64,000 nucleotides of DNA from Eledone cirrhosa (Eukaryota). A program made the position numbers and the translations under genes. Position 1 is the stretch's first letter, and each line of letters begins with the position of its first letter. The notes below the pieces were generated by a model. It did no database searches, was not told where the DNA came from, and saw nothing but the letters and a program-made list of their open reading frames with translations. Shown one piece after another: positions 25,843 through 42,441 of this stretch. The stretch covers positions 41,602,001 to 41,666,000 of the forward strand of contig OZ024741.1 of the NCBI GenBank assembly GCA_964016885.1, written 5' to 3'.

Positions 25843-26152
25843 TTACTACTACTACCACCAACAGTACTGTCACAGACACCATAACAACACCACTATCATC
25901 ACTAATGTTACTATTGCCAGCAACATCACTACTACCAAAACCACAAAATACACCAACATTACTAATACTACAACCACTACCAACACCACTATCACCACAA
26001 CCACTACCACTATCACCACAACTACTACCAACACCACTATCACCCCAACCACTACCAACACCACTATCACCCCAACCACTACCAACACCACTATCACCAC
26101 AACTACTTCCAACACTGCTGTTACCACCACCATCACCGCCACCACCACTACA
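25843..26152. repeat. (ACT/ACC)-rich tract with a ~27-bp subunit (CAACCACTACCAACACCACTATCACCA)
   Basis: Direct; ORFs 25821..26231 and 25870..26148 are its translations. Confidence 0.85.
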
Positions 26153-26339
26153 ACCTCATGACATACAAAATCATATCATATGGATATCAGCCATACTAAC
26201 AAGGCCAGTAGAAATCAATAAAAGACTATGAAAGTTTATTACTGAAGGCACTACTAGCATATATGGGGAGTATAGATAGATTGACATAGAAATATAGATA
26301 GCTATCTAGTGCATATACATGACCATATATCTATTGTTA

Positions 26340-26500
26340 AAGTGGGTGGCTTAGTGGATATGTTGTTGACTTTAGGATTGTAATGTTATGGGTATAATTC
26401 CGGGACTTGGCAGTAAATTATGTTCCTGAGTGATACACATAAGTACCAGTAGCATCTGAGTGATAAACCCCGAGATGGACTGCTGTTCCCTCTTATGGGA
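26340..26500 (+). mobile_element. Degenerate tRNA-derived SINE
   Basis: GGTGGCTTAGTGGATA (A box)...GGTATAATTCCGG (B-box-like)...CGAGATGGACTG. Confidence 0.5.
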
Positions 26501-26789
26501 AGAGGTGTGGCACTTAGAATATAATACTATTTAAGTTAGACATGGACTGAGCTGATAAATAAAGCCCAAACACTGCCCTGCCCTATGCCCAGAGCCCATC
26601 ACCCCTCTCCTTCCCTTTTCTTCTGTGGCCCATGAGTCCTTGCTTTTTCCCCTCCTTTTCCTCTAATTTATGGCTTTCATAGTCCTTTCCTCTTCTTCCC
26701 CATACAGCCAGATCTGCCCTTCCTTACCTCTTCCCATTTTTCTTATTAATTTTGTTTTTATTTTTTTTATTTTTCATATTTATGTAATT

Positions 26790-27220
26790 ATGGGTAAAGA
26801 AGTGCCAGGAAATGCCAGTGGAAGGAAGCTGCAGTAGAGGTAGACCAAGAAAGACTCGAGCAGAGGTGNNNNNNNNNNNNNNNNNNNNNNNNNNNNNNNN
26901 NNNNNNNNNNNNNNNNNNNNNNNNNNNNNNNNNNNNNNNNNNNNNNNNNNNNNNNNNNNNNNNNNNNNNNNNNNNNNNNNNNNNNNNNNNNNNNNNNNNN
27001 NNNNNNNNNNNNNNNNNNNNNNNNNNNNNNNNNNNNNNNNNNNNNNNNNNNNNNNNNNNNNNNNNNNNGAGCAGAGGTGGTGAGAGCTGACCTCAAATTG
27101 CTGAGACTCACAGAGATGATGATAATGAAGAAATGCAGCAAGTGGAGAGATGTTGTGCTGAGAATGACCCAGCCAACCCATGCAAGTGTGGCACAATGGA
27201 CAGAAAAACATTGATGATGA
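26790..27220 (+). mobile_element. RTE 3' fragment spanning the assembly gap
   Basis: VEGSCSRGRPRKTRAEV | VRADLKLL; tail CCCATGCAAGTGTGG...GATGATGA. Confidence 0.8.
26869..27068. other. 200-N scaffold gap
   Basis: Direct. Confidence 1.
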
Positions 27221-28299
27221 GCTCATTCTAGAAGCTTCCAAACAGTTTCCATCTATTTAATTTCAATCAACTTGAAGCTATGGTAAATGAAACTTGCCCA
27301 TAATACCAAACAATGAGATTGAACGTACCAGTTTTTGATAGCAAAGATTAATGGCGGATAGAGGAAGTGAGAAGAAGAAGTAAGAATATTTGATATTAAG
27401 AGGATAGTGATTTCAAATAATTGTTTGTCCATATTTTTACTGTCATAAAATTCTGTTTCATAGTTTTGATGCATAAATACATAAAAATTTTAATGTAAAG
27501 CTTAGAAAAAGATTTTTCTTTATTTCATAAAGAAATTTCCAAAATTCAACTGAAAAATAAAAATTTTGGAAAAAAAAAGTACCAAATTTACCAAAAAAAA
27601 TGCTCTAACTTTAATGGATATTCACATTAAACAATGAAAGGAATTTTTTAAAAAATCATCATCATCATCATCATCATCATATTTTACATAAAAACTAAGT
27701 AAAAAGAAGAGAACCAAGTTGGGAAGGAAAAAAGCAACAAGCAGTCATTTATTTTCCATCTATTTTTTTAACTGGTTTCAGTCAATTGACGGCAGTTATG
27801 ATAGGGGTACTATTTTGAAGGGATTCAGTTTATCATATTGACCCCAGTATCCTTTTTGTCAAGTTTGGTACTAATTTTATTGATCTCGTTTTTGGTAAAC
27901 CACTAAGTTATAGGACATAAGTACAGGCACAAACCTAAAACCAGACTCAGTTGCAGAAAGACACGTGTGTGTGTTTGAGAGAGGGGGGGTAGGGGAGTGG
28001 AGAGGGTTAGAGGGAAGTAGGGGAGGGGGAGAGAGGGGGGAGAGGGGGTTGGGGGGGAGATAATGGTTAAAATTTGTTAGGGTAAACTTAAACAGTGGGT
28101 TTATTTTTATACAAGTGAGAGATGAGAGAAAAAATACAAAATGTTTTTTACTGTAAAACATTCAAGTGTCTTTTGTGGTTATGAAAATGGGGAAAAAAGG
28201 GAAAGGCGAGGGCTCTAGGGTCACAGAAGAATGGGAGGGGGAAGGGAGAGGGGGATGAACTCTGGGCCTAGGGTGTGGCAGTGTTTCACTCACAAGGAA

Positions 28300-28420
28300 T
28301 CGGTCAGTCAACTTGAGGGATATAGTAGAAGACACTTGCCCGAGATACAATGAAGTGAAACTGAACTTAAAACCACATGGCTGTAAAAAGAACTTCTTAA
28401 CCACACAACCATACCTGCGC
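28300..28420 (-). mobile_element. Degenerate tRNA-derived SINE head
   Basis: Minus strand GGCGCAGGTATGGTTGTGTGGTTAAGAAGTT...AGTTCAGTT...CTCGGGCAAGTGTCTTCTACTATA. Confidence 0.65.
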
Positions 28421-28762
28421 CTATAACATACAACAATAAAATAAATTTTAAAAAACTATCATCATCATCACCATCATGAAAAACAAGCTGTTGTTCATTT
28501 TCATGTTTAAATATTTCAAAAAATTTGTACAAGAAGGATTGGCATCTTGTTTGTGTCATGTCAATATAATTTTTTTATATATAGCATAACATTTTAACTT
28601 CTCTCTGTGTTTTGTTTGCTTTTTTTAAAATTGTATTGTAAATTTACTTTTTCTTTATATTTATTTTTATTTTTGTTTGTTTGTTTGTTGGAATTTCTAA
28701 TAATCAATAACATTTAGCATAAGCAAACACTAAAGCTAATCTCTGGATTTTTCAGGAGAGAC

Positions 28763-29015
28763 AATAATGATGATCATGGTGGTGGTAGTGGTGGTAATGA
28801 TGGTGATGGTAGTGGTGGTGGTAATGATGGTGGTGGTGGTAATAATAATGATGGCAGTGGAGGTAGTGGTAATAATGATGATGATGATGGTAGTAATGAT
28901 GTTGGAGGTAGTTGTGGTGATGATGATGATGATAGTGATGGTGGTGGTGGTAACAATAGTGTTGATGGCGGTGGTAATAATAGTGATGATGAGGAAGAGG
29001 AGGAGGAGGAGGAGG
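28763..29015. repeat. (GAT/GGT/GAG) trinucleotide mosaic
   Basis: Direct. Confidence 0.95.
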
Positions 29016-29754
29016 AATGTTTGCATTATTAGCCACAAGGACAAGACTTGCATATATAATAAATCATATATACATAGGAACATTATCATCATCATCTTCA
29101 TCAGTATTCAGCACAACATGAATTGAAGCTCATCATCATATTGAATGATGATGAACTGCAACACATGTGATGAAAACTGATGATGATGATGATGATGATG
29201 ATACTAACAATGAACATGATTATTATAGTGATGGTGATGATGACGATTTCTTTATGAACCACAAGGGTTTGCAAAGAGATCAAGGATGGTACTGTGTTGT
29301 ACAGTGAAGGTTTATATAAAAACATGTAACCACAACAACAATAATAATAATAATAATAATATTAATTAATAATAACAATAATAACAATAATAAAGATGAT
29401 GATAGCGATGATGATTATCATCATCATCATCATTGTGGCTTGGTGGTGGTAAAAGAAAATGATGTTCAAGCAACAGATAGACAAACAAACAAAATGTTGC
29501 AGTGTTTGTTTCTACATCACATCTGGCCCCTCACTCCCATTCCCCCTTCCCACCCATCCTTTCTATCCCCCTCCTCCTCTTCTTCCACCCTCCCCCTCAA
29601 AAAACCTTCATGATTATTTATTCAACATGTTTCTTTGCAACTTATTGGTAAATTTAATTGGATTTCGGTATTATAGCAAACATATGCTGTACTACATATA
29701 TGTCTTATGTTTCACAACACAGCTCATACACATGCAAACACATATATGCATTTT

Positions 29755-32847
<3,093 letters not shown>

Positions 32848-33370
32848 GGTGGCTGCCAACTCGTTTTCGAGTACGGCCACTACTTTATATCCATGTAGGA
32901 GAACCCCTACCGATGCCCTGAACAAGTGTGACTTTTTAGTCCAGCCAGTGACTTGAAAACTCTGGTACAAACACTACACCTGTGACAATTATTGACACAT
33001 AGTGCTGGGCCCATGGTACCATGTGACGACAAGTGCAGAGAGATCTCCAGATATAAAGCAATGCCTGTGCCGTGAAGCTTTTATAGTGAGCAAAGGCACT
33101 GCACAAAGCCAGTCCCACTCTCTTAACCAAGATGATATTTACCAAAAAGAAGAACAAGTCAACATCATTGGATACCATCAGGGTTGCAGGTGTTATATCA
33201 GAGTTTTCCTTCTCCTAGAATTCTGCCTTGACAAAGGCTAAGGGGTCATCTCTCCCGGTGATTTTGGATGGCCATTGACTCTTAAGAGCTCCTTTGCCCT
33301 TTGACAGGTTTTGTTTTTAGTCCTGCAGGATGTCCAAAGTCACCCTCCTCACCAATATACATATATATAT

Positions 33371-33407
<37 letters not shown>

Positions 33408-33639
33408 CATACATACATACATATATATACATATATATACATATATACATACATATATATATATATATGTGTATATATATATATGTCTATAAATGTGTAT
33501 ATATATATACACACACATACATAGATACATATGTGTGTGTATACAATTAATATGTTCATGTACAATAGAAACAGAATATTTTCTATTAAATATTGCTTCT
33601 TTAGTAAAGATAATAATAATAATAATAATAATAATAATA

Positions 33640-34030
33640 TTGAGAAAATGTGGCACCTCAAGGCTGTTACAATACCAGTGATTGTGGGAGGACTGGGAAT
33701 GATCAAGAAAGGAACAGAACAATATTTGCGAATGATTCCTGGTCTACCCTCTCTGCACGAGGTGTAAAAAATTGTTTTGACTGGTACACACATATTGAGA
33801 AGAGCACTATCTCTAAGATTGATATCCCTCCTTGTATTTACATATGCATATGCACATGTGTATATATATATATATACTGTTTTTTTTTGTTTTTTTTAAA
33901 TTATAATCAATGTGCTGTATTAACTGGCTTACCAATGCACACTGAATTTATTTGCCCTAGGTGTCAGGAAGACACTCGGCATATATCTCAGAAACAATAA
34001 TGTAAGAAAATAAAAGCAATAATAATAATA
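33640..34030 (+). mobile_element. R4/Dong-clade LINE 3' fragment inserted in (TAA)n
   Basis: [25 protein letters not shown]...[25 protein letters not shown]; (TAA)n on both sides, which is the known Dong target. Confidence 0.85.
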
Positions 34031-34344
34031 AATGTCTTTTATCGGCCACATGGGCCCAATGCATTAGGGACAATATAAGGATGAAAAACAACAGACTGTG
34101 GTTTACGGGTTTACATCAAGTAATAGGAAAGGAGTTTGACAAAGGGAACACAGTAGATATAAATATAATAGTAAAAAAATGAAAAAAATAGTAATGATAA
34201 CAATACAAAACAACTACAAATGTCAACAAAGAGAAATTCACTAAGAGGAAAGGACGGTATGCTCTCGCCGAGTAGAGTGGACCTTGTCAAATCAGACCAA
34301 GGAAAGAATGTTTCCATTGGTCTTTCCATTACTGATACTATCTA

Positions 34345-35790
34345 CCGGTCACAATGCCTGGCAGAAAAAGCAACTTGAAATAAAGTATCTTGCTCAAGGA
34401 CACAACACATCTCCCGGACCGAGAATTGAACTCGCAACCTCACAATTGCAAATCTAACTCTCTATCCACTAAGCCACGCACAGTTTAAAGTAATTTCAAG
34501 GAAAATCCCACACAAAACTTAAAGGGTCGTAACTTAATACGGCAAAATATTTTAGTTATGGCCGTTTCAGTTCTTAGTTCAAATCCTACCAAGATTAGCT
34601 TTGCCTTTCATCCTTACGGTGCTAACAAAATAAAGTACCAGTTATGCACTGGGATCAATTTAGTCAACTTTCCCTTTCCCTTCAAATTGATGGCCTTGTG
34701 CCAAATGTAGAAATAATTACCATTATTATTATCAAATCATGTAGGGCAGTAGATTGGCAGTATTGATAGAATTTTGGACAACACGCTTTATGGCTTAGAG
34801 TTATGTCCCTTTACATTCTGAGTTCAAATCCAGCTAAGGTTATTTTTGCCTTTCATCCTTACGAAGTTGATAAAATAAAAGTACTAGTAATGCACTGGGA
34901 TTAATTTAATCAACTTTCCCCTCCCCAAAAATTGTTGGGGCTGTGCCTAAATCAGAAACCATTATTATCAAATCATGTGGAGGTCAATAAAATAAAGTAC
35001 CAGTGAAGTACTGAAGTTGATTTAATTGATTTTTCCTCCCACTAAATTGCTGGCCTTGTGCTGAAATTAGAAACCGTTATTGTTATTTAGCATGGTAGTA
35101 CCAATAGCTGAATTTGTCCGCTCTCTCTCAAACAAATTGAGAGACTAACTTGGGATGAGGTGATAAAAGCTGATTTTGCCTATTACACCTCTCAAAGGCG
35201 ATAGCACAGGACTGAGACCTCTGATGTTACACAGTAATACAGAAGACCCAACTTCCCACAAGTACAAGCCAAAGTTCAAGCATATAGACAGCATACCCCC
35301 ACCCCTTCCATAATATGACAATCACCAACTTTAATGGAATAAGGGATTTATTTTTACCATTATTATTATGTTCAAATCCTGCCGAGGTTAGGTTTGCCTT
35401 TCATCCTTACAGGTCAATAAAATAAAGCACCAGTAATGCTCTGGGGTCTATTTACTGTTCAAATTCTGTCAACAGTTAACTTACATTGCCTTGCAACCAC
35501 CACATGGTGTTGGAATTTATCCCAAGTATATACTAATTATATATTAACTTAGACTATGATGACCAATTCAACGCTTTCCAGTATTGAGAAACAGATGTTA
35601 AATAATTGTTTCTACTTTTGGCACAAGGCCAGCAATTATCCCAGTGCATTACTGGTACTTTATTTTATCGACCCCGTAAGGATGAAAGGCAAAGTTAACC
35701 TCGGCGGGATTTGAACTCAGACCGTGAGGGGCCGTAACTCTATGCTGCAAAGCATGGCGTCCGACTCTCTACCAATACTGCCAATCCAAT
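34345..35790. mobile_element. Cluster of SINE A and B copies and fragments plus an RTE scrap
   Basis: Repeated GCCTTTCATCCTTAC...AAAGTACCAGT; full-length minus copy at 35602-35790. Confidence 0.85.
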
Positions 35791-37171
35791 CTAAGCAATC
35801 GAAGAGTATTATTTTATTTCTAACAAAACATTTTTTGTTTGAAACAAAGACAAGATGAGTTTTTCCATTTGACCAAAATCAAGAGGCTATACTACATTAG
35901 CAATGTAATAAAATCTAAAAAAAAAAACTAAAAAAAAACATAATAATAATAATAAAAGTAATCATAAAAGACTTCATTAAATTTGTACTAAATTCTGTTT
36001 TGTTTTTTTTTTGTTTTTATTTGGCAATGACTAGATGGGTGATGATGACGATGGTGATGATGATGATGGTGATGGTGATAATGGTGATGATGATGGTGAT
36101 GTTGGTGATGATGATGGTGATGTTGGTGATGATGGTGATTTCATTATTAGCCAAATACTATTAGACATTAACTAATACTAATAGCAACAATAATAATATG
36201 AAAAGAGAGAACTAACTGCCACCTTAATAGAAGCTAATAGCTTTAACAGCCAATTTCAAACGTTTTATTAATCTAACACCTTGAATGGATAGAGAAACAT
36301 TTATTATGCAGAAAATGGATTAATAACAGTTATTTAAAGGCATACAAGTGGGTTTTTATTACTATCATTTTTTTCTCCCTCATAATTATAATGAAACAAA
36401 TATAAATAAAGATGGAAAATTTTAATTCTTGAAAATAAAAAAAAAATTTACTAAAAGCTTGAAATTTTTCTATTTAAAAATTTTGAAAACACACACACAC
36501 ACACACACACGACAACACTTATGTTTCTAAAGCATCTAAGCTAAGCTTTTAATTTCCAAACTAGCCTAAACTTTGACATCTATTCTCTCAATTAATGAAG
36601 CTATTTTGCTCTCAGTTTGTATTTAATTCCATGTTTTAAAACCTAATTAGTTTCACTTCATTCTAAAAAAACTTTTGAATTTAAAATAAGGAGAATGAAA
36701 AAACAGAACACAGGACAAAAATATTTGCTTTTCTTTTTTTTTAAATAACATTTTCTTTGCCTCAAATTGTAGTCGAATTAATTTATATGAAATGTGTAGA
36801 AATGGTTAAAGGTTTTAACATTTTTGTTAAACAATTAATGGGCATTTCATTTCCCATTTAAATTGAAATGGAAATACGAAACTTCAAATAAAATGTAGAA
36901 TATATTCTTTAAAAAAAAAAAATTGAAGTGTACTGAAGACATTAACATTATCATCAACATTATTTTTATATCTGCTGTTCGTGGTGAAAGGGGTGGATGG
37001 GTTGTCACAGTTCTTGTCAGTTCTTATTTAGAGTTACTCTCCTCATAGATATGACAGAGGACTATATCTTGCTTGAATGTTCCATTATTCTAATCATCAT
37101 TTCACTGCAATAGCAAATGGCTACAATCCTTCCCCACCCATTGCAGCTTTCATTATTAATTTGAATTGGCT

Positions 37172-37545
37172 GTGAATTGGCAGTATCGGTGGAGGGTCGG
37201 ACATGCTTTCCAGCATAGTTACATCCCTTTATGATCTGAGTTCAAATATCGCCGAGGTTAACTTTGCCTTTCATCCTTACGGGGTCGATGAAATAAAGTA
37301 CCAGTAATACACTGTAATTGCTGGCCTTGTGTCAATAGTAGAAAGAATTATTTAGGGTGGATTGGCAGTATCGGTAGAGGGTCAGACGCCATGCTTTGAT
37401 GCATAGAGTTACGAGCCTTGCTATTCTGAGTTCAAATCCCGCTGAGGTTAACTTTGCCTTTCATCCTTACAGGGTCGATAAAATAAAGTACCAGTAATGC
37501 ACTGGGATAATTGCTGGCCTTGTGCCAAAAGTAAAAACAATTATT
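37172..37545 (+). mobile_element. Two tandem SINE A copies
   Basis: Two A/B-box heads and bodies. Confidence 0.9.
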
Positions 37546-37802
37546 AATTTTGGTACCATGCTCAGGTAATTAGTCCTGAGCATCAAAGATATTTGAATCC
37601 CTAGGTAGAATTTAGATTCAGAATGCAAAGTGGTGGAACTGAAACTGCAAGGCCTTACCCGTGATGTTATAACAATCCTTCCAATCCCTACCAGGGTCTG
37701 ATACTTTATTTTATTCACCCCGAATGAAAGGTAAAACTGACTTTGGCATAATCCAAACTCAGAGTGCAGAGAATCAGAACAAATACCACAAATTATTCTA
37801 TC

Positions 37803-38235
37803 CAATGCAATTAAAGACATGAAGATATGGAAAGCAGCTAGACCATCTGGTATCATTGCTGAGATGTTAAATGACCTGGCATGGTATATGAGATAATCAG
37901 ATGGATAGTGAATCATGTAGTGCAGGATGGTGCCATACCCTATGACTGGTACAGCAGTATCATTGTAAATTGTCACAAGGGCAAGGGGGGGCGTATTAAA
38001 TGGAAGTAACTAGAGAAGCATCAAGTTGATGGACCAGGTCACGAAAATTTGCTGAAAAAAATTATGGCACAATTAATTAGGGACAGAATCAAGTTAGATG
38101 AGATGCAGTTTGGATTTATGTCAGGTAGGAGTACTACCGATGCCCCCTTTCTGGTGAGATATCTTCAGGAAAGCTAAGAGTAATCCACTGTGTATTTAAC
38201 ATTTGTAGATCTGGAGAAGGCCTTTGACATGGCCC
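37803..38235 (+). mobile_element. RTE-clade reverse transcriptase fragment (degenerate)
   Basis: AIKDMK..KAA.PSGIIAEML...SIIVNCHKGKG...SN*R.IKLMDQV...LDEMQFGFMSGRSTTDA...FVDLEKAFD. Confidence 0.85.
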
Positions 38236-38996
38236 CGCTGGTAATAAGGTAGACATCCATAAAGTAAGATGGTAGACTGAAAACTTCATAAGCTGACCAA
38301 GATACTCTCATAGAATGACCAAATGATGTTTATTTTTCTACATACATGTAGTCCTTGGAAAGAAACAATGCGGATATTAATAAGAAGAGTTGAAATTAAT
38401 GCATGCAGGATTTCAGAGCACTAGCATCACTCCTTCATAGTCAGTCTATGAACCTTTCAGGCTATCTTTGATTAAATACCACTCTATACACAGAAAAATA
38501 GCCATGTCTCCACTGTTCTCTTTACATTACAATTCTGTATTCATATTTATTTTTTTCGTCTTTTTCAATATTACATTTCCTTTTTTTTTTATAATGTTTC
38601 TTCATTTTGTCAACAGCTTCTTTTCTAGACTTTTTATCATTTTATTACTTCTATATATATATATATATTATTATTAATGCCTTATGGATATTGATGTTGT
38701 TATAGTTGTGGTAGATGTAGTCAAATATTGAGATTTCTTTATTTTGTTTGCTTGTTTTTTATCTACCATTATTACTATTGTTATTATTATTATTATTATT
38801 ATCATCATCCTCATCCTTCTTATTTTTCTCATTATTATTATTATTATTATTATTATTTAGTTTGTATTAGTTTACTTTATAAAATTTCTTAATTTCAGAA
38901 TTCTCACAAGATTCTAAAATTAAAAATTAATGTTAAAATACAACATGAAATTAATGCGATAGGGCAGTCAGAAGCAGTTAGTGTGTGCAATAGTTA

Positions 38997-39015
38997 CACG
39001 TGTGGCAAGCACGTG
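38997..39015. promoter_or_regulatory. Tandem canonical E-boxes with a 7-nt spacer (candidate bHLH/CLOCK-CYCLE element)
   Basis: CACGTG-TGGCAAG-CACGTG in a short, non-repetitive, CpG-containing stretch. Confidence 0.35.
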
Positions 39016-39182
39016 TGTCTTATTTATAATATTGTAGTGCGGCAGGGTGTTACATGTAATACAAGCACTTTAAGCGGGTAATGTATCTTTTATATGAATG
39101 TTATAGAAGCTTGTGTGTAGAGAAATATTATAAATATTAAAAATATTAGAAATGTGTAGCAAAGCGATGATATTTATATATA

Positions 39183-40325
39183 TCATCATCATCATCATCA
39201 TCATCAACGTTTAACGTCCGTGTTCCACGCTTGCATGGGTTTGGACGGGGGTAGTCCCACTTGAGGCAAGAGTGATTGTCTTGCTCGCATAGGACTGTCT
39301 GGCAGGTTTTCTACAGTTGGATGCCCTTCCTAACACCAACCACATTTACAGTGTGGGTCTGGGAGGTTTTTACCGTGTTGCCTACACGGCCACATTACAG
39401 CGTGGACTGTGTGTTTTTGTCGTGACACCTACACGATCTCATTTGTTTCGGCCTGGATGGCGCGGCACCAACATAACTTTACATAGAACGGGGTGGTGTG
39501 GATGGGGTGGGGGTGGTGGCGGGATGGGGTGTAGTTTGTTAGAGATGCCTACTGGCAAGGCGGGTCTTCTCTGTTACTGAGTACCGCCAAAGGTCACGGT
39601 CCAGTGACATTGTCTTGGAGAGGTGTAAGTGTGTGAGGTCGGAGTTTATCAGCTCATCCCATGTTTTTCTAGGTCTGCCTATTCCGTGGCTACCGTCTAT
39701 CTTTATTGCCCTGCACTTTGTAATACAGCTATCGACTTTCATGCGCATCACGTGTCCATACCAACGCAGCCTTCTCTCGAGTAAACAACATCTGATCCCT
39801 CTTATCTCTAATTTTTTCCTTAGTTCGTTTATGCTTTGCCGTTCACGTATATTACTGTTACACATCCAGCGGAGCATGCAAGCTTCGTTCCTCTCTAGTC
39901 TGCGTATATCCTCTGCACACAATGCCCAGGTCTCACTACCATGCAACATTGCTGTTCGTATGCAGGCATCGTACAACCTGCCTTTCATTTTTAGGGAGAA
40001 CACTTTAGCAGCTAATAGTGGTATAAGCTCTCTGAACTTTTTCCAACCAGTTCTGACTCTAGCTACAGTACTTTCAGAGCACCCTCCCCCACTGCTGATT
40101 TCATCGCCCAGGTAACGGAAGCTGTCCACTATTTCTATAGAACCCTCTGCGCAATTGAAAGAGCTAGTATTTTGTGGGCACTTGCTGCTACTTATTGCAC
40201 CAGAACACCGGCCACATGTAAAGTCTATGTTCTTAGTTAGCTTACCTGTGATCCCACTACATCTTTTATGCACCCATACTTTGCATTTAGGACATAAGAT
40301 GGAGTTTCTACCTACGCCTTTCCTA
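39183..40325 (-). mobile_element. RTE-clade LINE, 5'-truncated, with open ORF 39539..40273
   Basis: RKGVGRNSILCPKCKVWVHKRCSGI...FTCGRC...VDSFRYLG...ARVRTGWKKF...MLHGSETW...RRLRWYGHV...GRPRKTW; (GAT)n tail. Confidence 0.95.
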
Positions 40326-41337
40326 TATATATATATACAGAACTCCTCATATATATATATATATATATAGTCCTCCTCATATATATACAGAAATCCTCAT
40401 ATATATATATATATATATATAGAGTATATATATACAGTACTCCTCATATATATACATAGTCCTCCATATATATATACAGAACTCCTCATATATATATATA
40501 TATATATATATAGTCCTCCTCATATATATACAGTACTCCTCATATATATACAGTACTCCTCATATATATACAGTACTCCTCATATATATATATATATATA
40601 TATATACAGTACTCCTCATATACATACAATACTCCTCATATATATACAGTACTCCTCATATATATACAGTACTCCTCATATATATATACAGTACTCCTCA
40701 TATATATATATATACAGTACTCCTCATATATATATATATATACAGTACTCCTCATATATATATATACAGTACTCCTCATATATATATATATACAGTACTC
40801 CTCATATATATATATATATACAGTACTCCTCATATATATATATACAGTACTCCTCATATATATATATACAGTACTCCTCATATATATATATATATACAGT
40901 ACTCCTCATATATATATATATATATATATACAGTACTCCTCATATATATATATATATACAGTACTCCTCATATATATATATATATATACAGTACTCCTCA
41001 TATATATATACAGTACTCCTCATATATATATATACAGTACTCCTCATATATATATATATATACAGTACTCCTCATATATATATATACAGTACTCCTCATA
41101 TATATATATACAGTACTCCTCATATATATATATACAGTACTCCTCATATATATATATACAGTACTCCTCATATATATATATATATATACAGTACTCCTCA
41201 TATATATACAGTCCCCTTCAATATATAATAAGGGTGAAAGCAGCGATTCTTTGCTTAAACTTTAATCTGTTATTTTAATAAATATATATATATATATATA
41301 TAATAAATAACAAAGAACGCCTATAGCATATGCATAT

Positions 41338-41395
41338 CTTTACTTGCTAACATTGTTTCATCCGCACTATAAGTGGGACTCATCAGAGCATAAAG
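41338..41395 (-). ncRNA. Hammerhead ribozyme
   Basis: Reverse complement of 42384-42441. Confidence 0.8.
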
Positions 41396-42383
41396 GTTAA
41401 TTACATACCACACAAGCAATAACAAATCCAAGACATTGAAGAATGAAAAATAATAAAAGATAAAGGATATTAAGGAAGTAAAAGTAAAAATAAAAATAAA
41501 AATAAAAATAAAAATAAAAATAAAAATAACTGATAACTGTGACACTTAGTGCATTCGTGGGCCCCTGATATATTCAAGAAATATATTCTAAAAAAATGGT
41601 CAAGTGATACTGATAACTGTGACACTTAGTGCCTTCGTGGGCCCCTGATATATTCAAGAAATATATTTAAAAAAAATATATATCTTATCTCAATTTACTT
41701 TATTTTATTTTATTTTATTTCATTTCATTTTATTTAATTTTATTTATTTATTTATTTAATTTCATTTATTTATTTACTTATTTAATTTTAATTTAATTTA
41801 ATTTAATTTTATTTATTTATTTAATTTTATTTATTTATTTAATTATATTTAATTATATCTTATATTATATTATTTTATTTTAGTCTATTTTATTTTATTT
41901 TAGTTTACCTTATTTTATCTTATTTTATGATTATATTATATTATGTTCTATTTTAAATAATTTTAATTTTAATTTTATATTATTTTATTTCATTCCTTAC
42001 CCTGTATCACTATTATCTGTATATTTTATATTTTATATGTATGTTTTTTATATTTTTTATATTTTCTTATATATATTATAAGTCTATTTTTTACCTATTT
42101 TTCACCTATTTTTTACCTACTCTTACCTAATCCTATCTATCTTATCTACTCTTGTCTGTTCTCTTATCCATGTGTATGCTTGTATGTAACTATATGTTGA
42201 CAGCACCCCGCCCAACTGTGACTGATAGCACCCCTTATTTTTCAATTATTTTTCATTGTTTATTTTATTATTTTTATTTTTATTTTTATTTTTACTTTTA
42301 CTTCCTTAATATCCTTTATCTTTTATTATTTTTCATTCTTCAATGTCTTGGATTTGTTATTGCTTGTGTGGTATGTAATTAAC

Positions 42384-42441
42384 CTTTATGCTCTGATGAG
42401 TCCCACTTATAGTGCGGATGAAACAATGTTAGCAAGTAAAG
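42384..42441 (+). ncRNA. Hammerhead ribozyme
   Basis: CTTTA-TGCT-CTGATGA-GTCCCACT-TAT-AGTGCGGAT-GAAAC-AAT-GTT-AGCA-AG-TAAAG: intact core, helices I-III, bulged helix I. Confidence 0.8.

Noticed and set aside
25821-26231. Pro/Thr-rich mucin- or extensin-like ORF
   Set aside because: Low-complexity trinucleotide repeat, GTG start, no supporting splice or domain evidence
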